NCBI GenBank assembly: GCA_965248925.1
Contig: CBDFLE010000006.1
Coordinates: 384,001 to 448,000, forward strand
Direction of reading: 5' to 3'
Source: Candidatus Multivoradales bacterium
GTDB lineage: Bacteria; Acidobacteriota; Thermoanaerobaculia; Multivoradales; J023
DNA length: 64,000 bases
In this document: piece after piece, positions 1 to 22,976 of the stretch
Layout of the letters: each line of letters opens with the position of its first letter
How positions within the stretch are numbered: the first letter of the stretch is position 1
Translations under genes and position numbers: made by a program
The notes under the pieces: generated by a model
The model's database searches: none
Told to the model about the DNA's origin: nothing
The model's input: the letters and a program-made list of their open reading frames with translations, nothing else

Positions 1-13122
<13,122 letters not shown>

Positions 13123-13368
13123 CTACCGAGCCTCGTGCTTTCGACTCTGCTTCTGTTGTCTCTCCCTAGCATAGGGTACTGAAGAGAATATATAGCGAAC
13201 CCTACGGCGGAGTATTTGGTAAGCGATCTCTCTATCTTGAGGGCAACTTCTCTCGATTCTGTAGTTGACCCAAAGTTGGGGTAGCGTTTGCCGAGTGGAT
13301 AGACTCGCGCTTAACGCCTTGATGCTCTGGCACCCACTTCCCATCCCCTTCCTGTTGGAGCGTCGGCG

Positions 13369-15756
13369 ATGAGTCGTGGCCTCATTGCCTGTGTCTTTCC
13401 AGGTCAAGGATCCCAACGCAAGGGGATGGGGGCGGATCTCTTCGATCACTTCCCCGCCCAATGTGCTGCCGCGGATCAGATCCTCGGTTATTCCCTGCGC
13501 CAGCTGTGTCTCGAAGACCCGCGGCGGGAACTACGTTTCACCGCTTTCACCCAACCCGCTCTGTTCGTGGTCAATGCCTTGAGCTGGTTGCGGCGCCAGC
13601 AAGACCAACCGCCACCGCAGTTCCTGGCTGGTCATAGCCTGGGCGAATACAACGCCCTCTTCGCAGCCGGTTGCTTCGATTTCGAAACCGGTCTGCGGCT
13701 GGTCCAGCGCCGGGGGGAGATCATGGGCCGAGTCCAAGACGGTGGCATGGCCGCGGTGCTCGGTTTACCAGCTGAGCTGGTGCAGGGGGTGCTAGAGCAG
13801 CAAGGAGTTGCGGTAGATATCGCCAACATCAATCTGGCGCATCAATTGGTGCTGTCGGGCGCCAAAGAAGACTTGGAGCAGCTGTTCCAGCCACTCGAAA
13901 AAGCGGGCGCCCGCAAGTGCATTCTGCTCAACGTCAGCGGCGCCTTCCACTCCCGCCACATGGCCTCCGCGGCCGCAGAGTTCGAGTGTTTCCTCAAGGG
14001 TTTTGCTTTCGCCGAACCCAACATCGAAGTCATCGCTAACGTCACCGCCCAGCCCTACACCACCAACTCCACCGTCAGCAACCTGGCGGCTCAAATTCGC
14101 TCACCGGTGCGCTGGGCTCAGATCATGAGCTACCTGCGCCTCCAGGGAGTAGATGAGTTGCAGGAGTTGGGACCTGGCAAAGTGCTGCGCAAGCTTTGGG
14201 CAACGGCGCTGGAGGAAGAAGCCCCGGTCCTCTGCCTCAACCGAGAGGCTGAGAGAGTCAGCGACGAAGACGCCCCCGGCACCGCTGAAGGCGCTGGTTC
14301 CCCGCAACCTCTGGGAGATCCTGCATTTCGCCACCAATATGGCCTGCGCCACGCTTATGTCGCCAGTGCCCCCGTGGCGGGCGTTCGCACGCCGGAGTTC
14401 GTCATCAACCTCGGCCAGAAGGGGTTCCTCAGTTTCCTCGACCTGGCGCCGGAAGAAGACCCGGTGCTGCCCGGCGTAGAGGCCGCCATCCAGCAGATCT
14501 CCCGAGCTCTCGCGGGTCCCGGAGTGAGCTTTGGCCTAAGCCTCCGTCCAGCTGCGGCGGACTCCTGCCACGGGACGCCAAATTCAGAGGAACAGCTGGT
14601 CGCGATCGCCCTAAAGCACAACCTCCAAGTCGCCGAGGCGGTGGGCTATCGACGCCTTACCGCGCCCCTGGTGCGCTTCCGCTTCTCCGGCGCCTGCTGC
14701 AACGGCCATGGTCAACCCGTGGCCCGGCGTCAACTATTGGCCCAAGTGACTGATCGCAGAACTGCTGCCCTATTCCTCGACCCGGCGCCGGAGAAGCTAG
14801 TGATCGGCCTAGTAAGCCGCGGCGAACTCACCGCCGAGGAAGGAGAAATCGCTCGCCTGCTGCCGATGAGCGGCGATCTCTGCACCATGACCGGCACTGC
14901 CGAAGGCGGCGACTTGATCACCCTGCTCCCCGCCATCCAACGCCTCCGCGACCAGCTGAGTGGGCAATATCCGGGAGAGCCGATTCGAGTGGGAGCTGGC
15001 GGCGCCTTGGGCACCCCCGAAGCGCTGGCCTGCGCTTTTCTCCTCGGTGCGGATTTCGTGCTCACCGGGGCAATCAACATGAGTTCAGCAGAAGTCGCGC
15101 TGCCTCAGTTCATCAAGGAAATCCTCTTCCAGCTGACCGCGGGGGAGACCTGCGCGGTTCCTGCCGCCGATGGATTCGAACTAGGTGCGCGCACCCAGGT
15201 GCTCAAGCGAGGCACTCTCTTCGCCGCTCGGGCCACCAAGCTTTACCATCTCTTTCGCTTCCACGACTCCCTCGAATCGCTCGACCCGGAACTGCGCAAG
15301 AAGCTCGAAACTTCTTACTTCAAACGCACCATCGCCTCGATCCGCGACCGCCTGGCAAACAACGGCGGCCCCAAGCAGCAAATGGCGCAGGTGTTCGGTT
15401 GGTATCTTCGCCAAAGCCTGCGGTGGGCGGTAGAAGGCGACCTCGCCAACAAGCTCAACTACCAGATTCCCTGCGACGAATCGCTGGCCGCCTTCAACCT
15501 CTACGCCGCCACGAGCCAACTTGCCGACCCCGCACAACGCACCGTCGCCGCTATTGCCGAAACCTTGATGGCCGCCGCAGCGACCTTTGTCGGACAGCAG
15601 GTTTATCGCTACAAAGGTCTTGAGTCGCCTACGAACTTGGACCGTGTCGTCGTTGTTCAGCTCGACTTAGGTGTCGACAACGTACACACCGCCCGAGATG
15701 GTACCGTCCTCGGCCTGCCAGACGTCGCCACCGGCGGCTTGGAAGACCTCCTCTAG
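13369..15756 (+). CDS. Stand-alone trans-acyltransferase (FabD-like, malonyl-specific) fused to a PfaD/FabK-type enoyl-reductase-like domain (PksE/LnmG architecture)
   Basis: FPGQGSQ, TQPALF, GHSLGEY, VSGAFHS, SPVRW; second domain LGDPAFRHQYGLRHAY, RVGAGGALGTPEA, DGFELGARTQVLKRGTLFAARATKLY. Confidence 0.93.
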   Translation: MSRGLIACVFPGQGSQRKGMGADLFDHFPAQCAAADQILGYSLRQLCLEDPRRELRFTAFTQPALFVVNALSWLRRQQDQPPPQFLAGHSLGEYNALFAAGCFDFETGLRLVQRRGEIMGRVQDGGMAAVLGLPAELVQGVLEQQGVAVDIANINLAHQLVLSGAKEDLEQLFQPLEKAGARKCILLNVSGAFHSRHMASAAAEFECFLKGFAFAEPNIEVIANVTAQPYTTNSTVSNLAAQIRSPVRWAQIMSYLRLQGVDELQELGPGKVLRKLWATALEEEAPVLCLNREAERVSDEDAPGTAEGAGSPQPLGDPAFRHQYGLRHAYVASAPVAGVRTPEFVINLGQKGFLSFLDLAPEEDPVLPGVEAAIQQISRALAGPGVSFGLSLRPAAADSCHGTPNSEEQLVAIALKHNLQVAEAVGYRRLTAPLVRFRFSGACCNGHGQPVARRQLLAQVTDRRTAALFLDPAPEKLVIGLVSRGELTAEEGEIARLLPMSGDLCTMTGTAEGGDLITLLPAIQRLRDQLSGQYPGEPIRVGAGGALGTPEALACAFLLGADFVLTGAINMSSAEVALPQFIKEILFQLTAGETCAVPAADGFELGARTQVLKRGTLFAARATKLYHLFRFHDSLESLDPELRKKLETSYFKRTIASIRDRLANNGGPKQQMAQVFGWYLRQSLRWAVEGDLANKLNYQIPCDESLAAFNLYAATSQLADPAQRTVAAIAETLMAAAATFVGQQVYRYKGLESPTNLDRVVVVQLDLGVDNVHTARDGTVLGLPDVATGGLEDLL

Positions 15757-16161
15757 AGTTTCCGCCGAACCGTCGTGCAAGTAAGGTGCGGTGGCCCAGA
15801 CAGCCGCGAGCCGTCGCCCGCCATCGCCATCGCCCGCGGACCCGAGAGAAAGGCACCATTTTCGAGTCGACTCCCGGTGTCGTAACGGCGCAGCTCACCC
15901 GAGCTGGCGGCTCGGGCAACCGATCGCGTATCCGCGCACACCGGCACCTCAGCCACCCCGCTCAGGGTGTCGGCATCGACCGCAGTCAGGGTGTGGTAGT
16001 CGATCATGAGCACAACAGAGAAGGGGACGGCAGCAACCAAATCCTGTACCTGGCGCCACGGCTAGACCTAAAACAGATCCCTGGGGTTAGAGGCAGGAAA
16101 TCAGCTTTGCGGTACAGTGGCATTAACGTTTTCTCTCTCGTGCCTATCCCAGGAGAAGCCT

Positions 16162-17421
16162 ATGGCTGACACCCCGGTTCTTAGCGATGTCGAACAGGCC
16201 TTGTTGGACGCGGTTCCCGCGGCTCTACGCAGCGGTGTCGAACTTCTCGAGTGGTGGCGCCGGGCGGATGCCGAGGACGACTACTCGCACCGCTACACTG
16301 AAACCACCGTCTTCAACCGCCCCCAAGACCAAAGCTACGGCTTCTTCGACAGTGCCGAACTCAGCACCGGCAAGGTGCCGGTCAACGGCAACGTGCAGGA
16401 AATGTTCTACGACGAGCCCAAGTCACCGCCCGACTACGAGGGCACGGCCATCGAGTGGATGGATGGTCAACTCAAGGAGTTCATCCTCCACTACTTCATG
16501 CGCATCAGCGACTTTCGCCTACCCGAGCCGCTGGCCGAGGATCACTCCGATCCACCACCAGGACTGGGTGGCCTATCGCAATGCCAAGAAAGCTCTCCCC
16601 CGGCGGAAGTCGGCTTCGGCTTTTCTCAGTTGTTCAAGAAAATCCGCGGCGGTGGCATCGAGCGCTTCGCAGAAGATCAGCGCGACCAGATCGTCGACTT
16701 ACAAACCTTCACCGACCAGGAAGGTGATGAACTCGAATGGGTGGTGCTGAAGAACCCGATCTTCGGCTTCGGCTTCGACCTCCGCCCGCTAGGACCCAAA
16801 GGACCGGCACTCAAGATTCCGGCGCGGGTGTTCAATTACCTGGTGATCTCCCCCGACTTTATCGTCAATCAGAAACAGCCGGAGCCGGGCATCCGTGGCC
16901 GCTATGGCTTCGGCTACGCCTTTGTCAACGATCCTGAACCGGGCGTCTTCGGCTACGGTCCGGGACAACTCGAACCGGCTTTCGAGCAGCTGGTCTGGGA
17001 GGTGCGAGACTCGGGCGAGATCACCGTGCGGGCGGCGTTTGTCTCCGAAGAACCCAAGACGATCCTCAATCTGTCGATCGACCCGCTGGCCTGGGGTGAG
17101 CAGATCAGTAAGGCTCTGGGCGCCGAAATGCCCAGCATCTTGCGCCCATTCAAGAAGATCTACGACCGTCTTCCTTTCGCCAAGATGACTTTCGATCCGG
17201 TGCTACCGGCTATCCGTCTGCTCAACACCTTGAGCGCTGGCCAGGCCTCCAAACGGCTGTGTATCTCCAAGACTCAGGTGATCAAGCAGGCGCTGTTTCT
17301 CCATTTCATGCAGCACTACCAGACCATTGTCGGCTCGCTTCAAACCTGGCGCCAGATTCCCGATTGGACGGCGCAAGAGGAGCAGCTGCCGAAGTTCGTG
17401 GTCAGTGGCCGCAGCAGCTGA
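16162..17421 (+). CDS. Hypothetical protein (~419 aa)
   Basis: AGGAGA RBS before ATG 16162; long ORF with GC3-biased codons; no family recognised. Confidence 0.8.
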   Translation: MADTPVLSDVEQALLDAVPAALRSGVELLEWWRRADAEDDYSHRYTETTVFNRPQDQSYGFFDSAELSTGKVPVNGNVQEMFYDEPKSPPDYEGTAIEWMDGQLKEFILHYFMRISDFRLPEPLAEDHSDPPPGLGGLSQCQESSPPAEVGFGFSQLFKKIRGGGIERFAEDQRDQIVDLQTFTDQEGDELEWVVLKNPIFGFGFDLRPLGPKGPALKIPARVFNYLVISPDFIVNQKQPEPGIRGRYGFGYAFVNDPEPGVFGYGPGQLEPAFEQLVWEVRDSGEITVRAAFVSEEPKTILNLSIDPLAWGEQISKALGAEMPSILRPFKKIYDRLPFAKMTFDPVLPAIRLLNTLSAGQASKRLCISKTQVIKQALFLHFMQHYQTIVGSLQTWRQIPDWTAQEEQLPKFVVSGRSS

Positions 17422-17636
17422 GTCACCCCTCTCTGCCGCCGCGGACCAGGAGGCCAGAGAAACTCAGCGGCGGAGGGGGGGGGATTCTCCCCCCCTGACC
17501 ACCAGGACTTGTCGAAAGAGCCCCGGTAGTAGACACTCACCCCACCGAAGAACTGATCGGCGTCTAGCGAACGCCTCTCCTCGCGTCGATGCGGTCACCC
17601 TCGACTGGCGCCACCTATTTTACCTGGAGATCTACA

Positions 17637-19088
17637 GTGAAACTCGTGAGATCCCTCTGCCTCTCACTCGTCTTGGTACTGCTGGCACAAATGTCCCTAG
17701 CCGCCGCGCCCCGCCACCTTGGCCAACGCACCTTCACCTACCAGAACTCCAACTGGAGGCAGACCGACGCGGACGGCAGCGAGTACCAAGTCAATCCGCG
17801 AGTTATCACCGTCAAGCTACTGCCGAGCACCAGCCGCGCGGCGGCGGACCGGCTGCACCACGATTTGGACGCCAGCGTCCTGCGCCGCGCGCGGACCGGC
17901 TTCATCGATGTGCGTATCGCGACCGGCAAAGACGTCTTCACGGCGGTCGACGAATACCTGGCCAGCGGCCTAGTGGAGCTGGCCGAGCCCAACACTTTTG
18001 GCACCTACACCATAGTGCCCGACGACACCAACTATGGCAGCCAATGGCACCCGGCAAAAGTCGAAGCCGAAACCGCCTGGGAAACCACCGCCGGCTCCCC
18101 CAACGCGGTGATAGCGGTGCTCGACTCAGGCTCGGAATTCAGCCATCCGGACCTCGGCACCGGCACCGATGGCTATCAGAACGTCTGGCTCAACGCTGGC
18201 GAAGACGCTTGGAGCGATGTCAACGATCCAACCACCGGTGACGGCATCGACAACGACATGAACGGCTACACCGACGATTGGAAGGGCTACGACTTCTCGA
18301 CCGGCAACAACAACGGCGAAGGGTCCTTCTTCCACGGCACCGCGGTAGCTGGCGTCAGCGCCGCCAAAACCAATAACGGCCGCGGCGTGGCGGGCATCGC
18401 GGGTGGCTGGAACTCAGCAGGCGCGCGAATCATGGTCGCTGGTGTGGGCGAGAGCTTCCCCAACGGCGCCGCCCTGGATGACGCCATCCTTTACGCTGCC
18501 GCCGAAGGCGCCGATGTCGTTCAGCTGAGCCTAGCGGTCGGTCAAAGCGCGGCGATCGACGCCGCCGTGCAGATGGCCTACGACGACTTCGACCTGACCA
18601 TCATCTGCGCTTCGGGCAACGGCAGCGCCGCCGCGGTGACCTATCCGAGTTCTCTACCGCGGATCATCGCCGTCGGCGCGACCACCCAGAGCGACGCCCG
18701 CTCCGACTTCTCCAACTATGGCCCCGACGTCGAACTGGCGGCGCCCGGCAGCGGCATCTGGACCCTCGACCTCGGCGGCGGCTATACCACCTCGAGCGGC
18801 ACTTCGTTTTCCGCCCCATTGGTCTCGGGCGTGGTGGCGCTGATGCTGTCGGCCGACCCCAGCCTCAGCAATACTGAGATCCGCCAGATCCTCCGCGACA
18901 CCGCGGTCAAAGTCGGCGGCTACGACTACAACTGGAATGCTGGTATGCCGGGCCATTCCCAAGAGCTGGGCTATGGTCGGGTTGACGCCAATGCCGCGGT
19001 GCAAGCCTCGCTCAGCGACAGCCTAGTGTTCGACGATGGCTTCGAGTCGGGCGACGCCGGGGTGTGGACTTCTTCATTGGGCATCTGA
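17637..19088 (+). CDS. Secreted S8 (subtilisin-family) serine protease with C-terminal FDDGFESGD motif
   Basis: GGAG RBS plus GTG; signal peptide; IAVLDSG, HGTAVAG and GTSFSAP catalytic motifs; ends LVFDDGFESGDAGVWT. Confidence 0.93.
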   Translation: MKLVRSLCLSLVLVLLAQMSLAAAPRHLGQRTFTYQNSNWRQTDADGSEYQVNPRVITVKLLPSTSRAAADRLHHDLDASVLRRARTGFIDVRIATGKDVFTAVDEYLASGLVELAEPNTFGTYTIVPDDTNYGSQWHPAKVEAETAWETTAGSPNAVIAVLDSGSEFSHPDLGTGTDGYQNVWLNAGEDAWSDVNDPTTGDGIDNDMNGYTDDWKGYDFSTGNNNGEGSFFHGTAVAGVSAAKTNNGRGVAGIAGGWNSAGARIMVAGVGESFPNGAALDDAILYAAAEGADVVQLSLAVGQSAAIDAAVQMAYDDFDLTIICASGNGSAAAVTYPSSLPRIIAVGATTQSDARSDFSNYGPDVELAAPGSGIWTLDLGGGYTTSSGTSFSAPLVSGVVALMLSADPSLSNTEIRQILRDTAVKVGGYDYNWNAGMPGHSQELGYGRVDANAAVQASLSDSLVFDDGFESGDAGVWTSSLGI

Positions 19089-19292
19089 TCCGCGCTTTCG
19101 GCGATCCCACGGGCTGCTCTAGCAATAGGCAGCTCATGGACCCGTAGGGGGTGAAAACGGGCAGAAAATTTCGCGACATGACAGAATAACCGCAGCGCGG
19201 TCTTGCTCAGCTGGACCGGTCGAGAACCAGGGATCAAGAGCCAAATTCGGCGACTGTCCGAGACCGGTCAGCTTCAGCCAGTCCCGTCTCTC

Positions 19293-19351
19293 CGAGACAT
19301 CATCTTCGAGACTTCATCTGCGCGACGTCATCTTCGAGACGTCATCTTCGA
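19293..19351. repeat. Four 14-bp tandem direct repeats upstream of a small gene
   Basis: cgagacatcatctt / cgagacttcatctg / cgcgacgtcatctt / cgagacgtcatctt. Confidence 0.85.
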
Positions 19352-19371
19352 AAACCTGGCCAGGAGATAGT

Positions 19372-19620
19372 GTGGCAAGAAACCAAGCATCAGCGGCCCG
19401 TCGAGCCCGCGAAAGAGCCCGACAGCAAAAGCGACGTGAAAAACAGGCTCAACGCCAGGCACGGCGCGAGCAGAAAGCGGAAAACCCCACCGAGACAGTC
19501 GACGATCCGATGAACGATCCGACCATCCAGTGGGAAGACGCAGTACGCGAGCAGAAGATAGAGGACGAGGTGGAAGACTCCGACGAGGATGGTGACGCCA
19601 AATCCTCGAGCAGCGCCTAG
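19372..19620 (+). CDS. Small protein with Arg/Lys-rich N-terminus and acidic C-terminus
   Basis: AGGAG RBS before GTG; MARNQASAARRARERARQQKRREK... Confidence 0.65.
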   Translation: MARNQASAARRARERARQQKRREKQAQRQARREQKAENPTETVDDPMNDPTIQWEDAVREQKIEDEVEDSDEDGDAKSSSSA

Positions 19621-19725
19621 TCCCTTGGCCCAACGCAGACCCGACACCCGCGCTGGTCCAGCGAGGTCCGATCAAGCGGCGACGGCGCATGCCACGGTGC
19701 CCTCGCCAGCCGCCCCGAGCGAGGG

Positions 19726-20580
19726 TCATTCGATACTGTGCTGCTCGCTCAGCCGGCGCTCTTGAGACTCGGCGGCCGGCACCGGCTCGTCGCCCACCGC
19801 TGTCGACAGACGAGCCAGACGTTCGCGTTCGTAGAGGAATGCGTACTTCATGAAGCAAGCCTTGGCGGTGGCCCCGGCGGCTAGCAGGCCGCGGACTCCG
19901 TCGAGAAATCCAAGTTTGAGAACATAGCGCTGGAAGAAGGCGAATAGTGGCCGAAGCGCCAGATCCATGGCACGGAAGCTGCGTCCCCGGCGATGCAGCT
20001 CGGCGGCACTGAGCCGGGCGTAGCCAATCTGCTTGACATAGTGTTGCGCCAGATCGTCGACCGGATAGTGCAACAGCTTTCCCGGCAGCTTGGCGACCCG
20101 CCCGTCGACCCCCAGAGTTTCGTGGACTAGCGCCTCCGTGAAACGACCCTTGCCGCGTTTGCAAACCCGCAGCAGCCACTCCGGCGACCAGGTATGGCGA
20201 ACGAAGTCGCCCTGATACTCGGTCAGCCGATCGACGCGAAATCCATCCCAGCGAGACTGCGCCACGGCAGGCAAATCGGCCAGCGCCCGGCAGAGTTCGG
20301 CATCGGGCACTTCGTCGGCATCAAGGCACAATATCCAGTCGCCGGTACAGGCTTCCAAAGCCCGTTGTTTCTGCAGCCCATAGCCCGGCCAATCGGTTTC
20401 ATGGACCACGGCCCCCGACGCCCGAGCGATTTCCTGTGACCCATCGCTCGAGCCACTGTCGAAAATCACCACCTCGTCGGCGATTGAACTCACTGCCGCC
20501 AGGGTCCGCGGCAATCGCGCGGCCTCGTTACGACAGATCATGGCGACACTGAGCTTTGGGCTTGGTCTGGCGGTGCTCAT
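19726..20580 (-). CDS. Glycosyltransferase family 2 (LPS core beta-glucosyltransferase/WaaE-like)
   Basis: LSVAMICRNEA, FDSGSSDG, WPGYGLQKQRA, WILCLDADE, VHE, YVLKLGFLDG. Confidence 0.92.
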   Translation of the reverse strand: MSTARPSPKLSVAMICRNEAARLPRTLAAVSSIADEVVIFDSGSSDGSQEIARASGAVVHETDWPGYGLQKQRALEACTGDWILCLDADEVPDAELCRALADLPAVAQSRWDGFRVDRLTEYQGDFVRHTWSPEWLLRVCKRGKGRFTEALVHETLGVDGRVAKLPGKLLHYPVDDLAQHYVKQIGYARLSAAELHRRGRSFRAMDLALRPLFAFFQRYVLKLGFLDGVRGLLAAGATAKACFMKYAFLYERERLARLSTAVGDEPVPAAESQERRLSEQHSIE

Positions 20581-20791
20581 CAGGACTCTTGTAGATTTCT
20601 AGTGCCGGACGGATATGTCGACCCTACCCGACTGCGAAACAGCGTGCTGGGCCGGCCGCGCCATTATAGATGCGTGCGAGGGAAGTAGTCATATTGATCA
20701 TCTCGACGTTGCGGGGCTGGGACCGACCTGAGAGCGCCTTCCGGCCACACCCTCCCCCCACCCTGCCAGCGGTCTGCTACGATTCAAACCT

Positions 20792-20980
20792 GTGAGCTAT
20801 GTACCCTCCACTCGGCGAGCCACCCCCAAGATCAGCCAAGCCCCAGAGGATCTGAAGGTCGATCCCAGCGACCTTCAACTGATCCGCTGGATGCTGGAGA
20901 AAACTCCCAGCGAGCGTCTGAGATATGCCCAGGGATTCGCCAACAGCATTCTGCGTCTGAGAGGCGGAGATCGAGCTTGA
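20792..20980 (+). CDS. Small putative antitoxin-like protein
   Basis: VDPSDLQLIRWMLEKTPSERLR; overlaps the downstream nucleotidyltransferase-like gene. Confidence 0.6.
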   Translation: MSYVPSTRRATPKISQAPEDLKVDPSDLQLIRWMLEKTPSERLRYAQGFANSILRLRGGDRA

Positions 20981-21485
20981 ACTCTTCGAGCTGCTGAGGA
21001 AGCTCGACCAAGGCAAGGTCGACTTCATCGTCGTCGGAGGCATCGCGGCGGTTCTTCACGGAGCGCCCATCATGACTGCCGACCTCGACATCCTCGTCCG
21101 CCCGGACCCACAGAACCTCGGCCATTTATTGACCGTCCTGGTAGCGATCAACGCTCGCTACCGCGACCCCGCCGGTCGGCGGATCGTCCCCGACGCCAGC
21201 CGACTGGAAGCGGTCGAAATCAACTTGTTGGAAACTGACTTCGGACGGTTGGACGTGCTGAAGTCAATCGGTGCTGGCTGGCGATTTCACCATCTAGTCG
21301 ATCAAACCAACACCATCGAAGTCGAAGATCTCCGCCTGCGAGTACTGGCGCTGGAAGTGATCATTGAATCGAAGCAGGTAGCCGATCGCCCGAAGGACCG
21401 CCTTGCCTTGCCTCTACTCCGCAAAGTGCTTGAGCTACAGCAAGAGGACAAATCGAGGCCGGCTGGGCCGATCGAAGAAGGGTGA
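20961..21485 (+). CDS. Nucleotidyltransferase-fold protein (TA toxin-like); true start uncertain
   Basis: In-frame VDFIVVGGIAAVLHGAPIMTADLDI upstream of the ATG at 21072; GRLDVL; C-terminal SKQVADRPKD. Confidence 0.8.
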   Translation, partial: EAEIELELFELLRKLDQGKVDFIVVGGIAAVLHGAPIMTADLDILVRPDPQNLGHLLTVLVAINARYRDPAGRRIVPDASRLEAVEINLLETDFGRLDVLKSIGAGWRFHHLVDQTNTIEVEDLRLRVLALEVIIESKQVADRPKDRLALPLLRKVLELQQEDKSRPAGPIEEG

Positions 21486-21533
21486 AGAGCAGGCTGAGTT
21501 CAACAGCGGTAGGAAACAAGCAGGAGCCCGTCC

Positions 21534-22403
21534 TCAGCGGCTCTTCGGCCACAGTCGCATGACCCCTTCCTGCGCCACCACCGCCACCAGGCGGCCGTCC
21601 TGGCTGAACACCTTGCCCCGCGACAGCCCTCGGCCATCGGTAGCGCTGGGACTCTCGATCTCATAGAGCAGCCATTCGTCAACCCGGAAGGGGCGTTGGA
21701 ACCACAGCGCATGATCGAGGCTGGCGAGTTGCAGCTTGCCGTCGAACACCGAGGTGCCGTGGGGGCGAGTCGCGGTGCCGATCAAATAGTAGTCCGAAAC
21801 ATAGGCCAGCATGGCGTGGTGCAGGTCATCGTCGTCCGGCAACGAGTCGACCGCCTTGAACCAGATGTTGGCGCAGGCCTCGCGTGGTTCTGGGTCGATA
21901 AATTGCGGCAGCTGCACGGGACGGAACTCAAACGGTCGCTCCTGCATCAGATAGCGCGGCAGCTTGCCATCCGGCAGCCGATCGAGCAGCTGTTGACGGT
22001 AGTCGGTAACGTCCTTGAGCGAATCCGGCGCCGGTACCTGGGGCATGCTCGATTGGTGCTCCAGGCCCTTTTCCGGCACCTTGAACGAGGCCGCCATATT
22101 TAGGATCGGCCGACCATGTTGGATCGCCACCACCCGACGGCTGGTGAAACTGCGGCCATCGCGCTGACGATCGACCTCATAGATGATCGGCGACTCCTGA
22201 TCGCCTTTACGCAGGAAGTAGGCGTGCAAAGAGTGCACCACCCTCCCCTCGACGGTAGCGTTGGCGGCCGCTAGCGCTTGCCCAAGTACCTGGCCGCCGA
22301 AGACCTGCTGGGTGCCGATATCGCGACTCTCGCCGCGAAACAGATTGGTGTCGATCCTCTCCAGCGTCAGCAGGTGGATCAAGTCTTGCAGAATCGCTTG
22401 CAC
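21534..22403 (-). CDS. tesB: Acyl-CoA thioesterase II
   Basis: VFGGQVLGQAL, HSLHAYFLR, RDGRSF, LAYVSD, ASLDHALWF, VAQEG. Confidence 0.95.
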   Translation of the reverse strand: MQAILQDLIHLLTLERIDTNLFRGESRDIGTQQVFGGQVLGQALAAANATVEGRVVHSLHAYFLRKGDQESPIIYEVDRQRDGRSFTSRRVVAIQHGRPILNMAASFKVPEKGLEHQSSMPQVPAPDSLKDVTDYRQQLLDRLPDGKLPRYLMQERPFEFRPVQLPQFIDPEPREACANIWFKAVDSLPDDDDLHHAMLAYVSDYYLIGTATRPHGTSVFDGKLQLASLDHALWFQRPFRVDEWLLYEIESPSATDGRGLSRGKVFSQDGRLVAVVAQEGVMRLWPKSR

Positions 22404-22976
22404 GGCAGTAAATCCTCAAGGACAACCGGCTACTGGGGCCACAGAAGTTCGTAAGTCGCCAACCAAGTTCGGACTATATCGGCCCACCACCGACTTGCCC
22501 GACTATTTGCCTGGCACCTCTGCTTCTCGAAGGGGCAATCTTTCGGGGATTGCGCGGGCTCCGGTCCGGGCAGGCGTGCGTCGGCGTGAAATTCAGGAGG
22601 GTGGGCGGAGGGCCGATCCTCGGTCTGTCGATCGCTACGTCGAGGTTGTGGCGGGGTTCGAAAGGGCGGTGAACCACCTGCTGGGACTGTAGAGACCAGC
22701 GGGGCAAAGGACTACTGAGATATCAGTCGTTCGCTGGCTGCAGAAGCTCGACACAGAGCACATTGTGCGATTCTTGATACTACTTTGGCAGGGACAGAAT
22801 CCTCTGCGAGAGTTGGAACCTCAGAGAAATATAGCCTCATTCACAGCCAAATCGGCAGAAAGTGGATTCCTGTTGCTAGCTTGAGTTTGAGAGTTCGGCG
22901 TTGGCCGTCGTTTTGGCTATTTCCTAGACATCCCCTTGTCTCTAGTTGAGTTACCCGTCTAAGAAGGAGAATTATT

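Noticed and set aside
15600-16040. Coding-like minus-strand stretch overlapping the 3' end of the AT gene
   Set aside because: Interrupted by stops and has no recognisable motif; possibly a decayed gene, but not supportable
21534-22403. tesB as the PKS release or editing thioesterase
   Set aside because: It is a typical housekeeping hot-dog TesB separated from the cluster by unrelated genes
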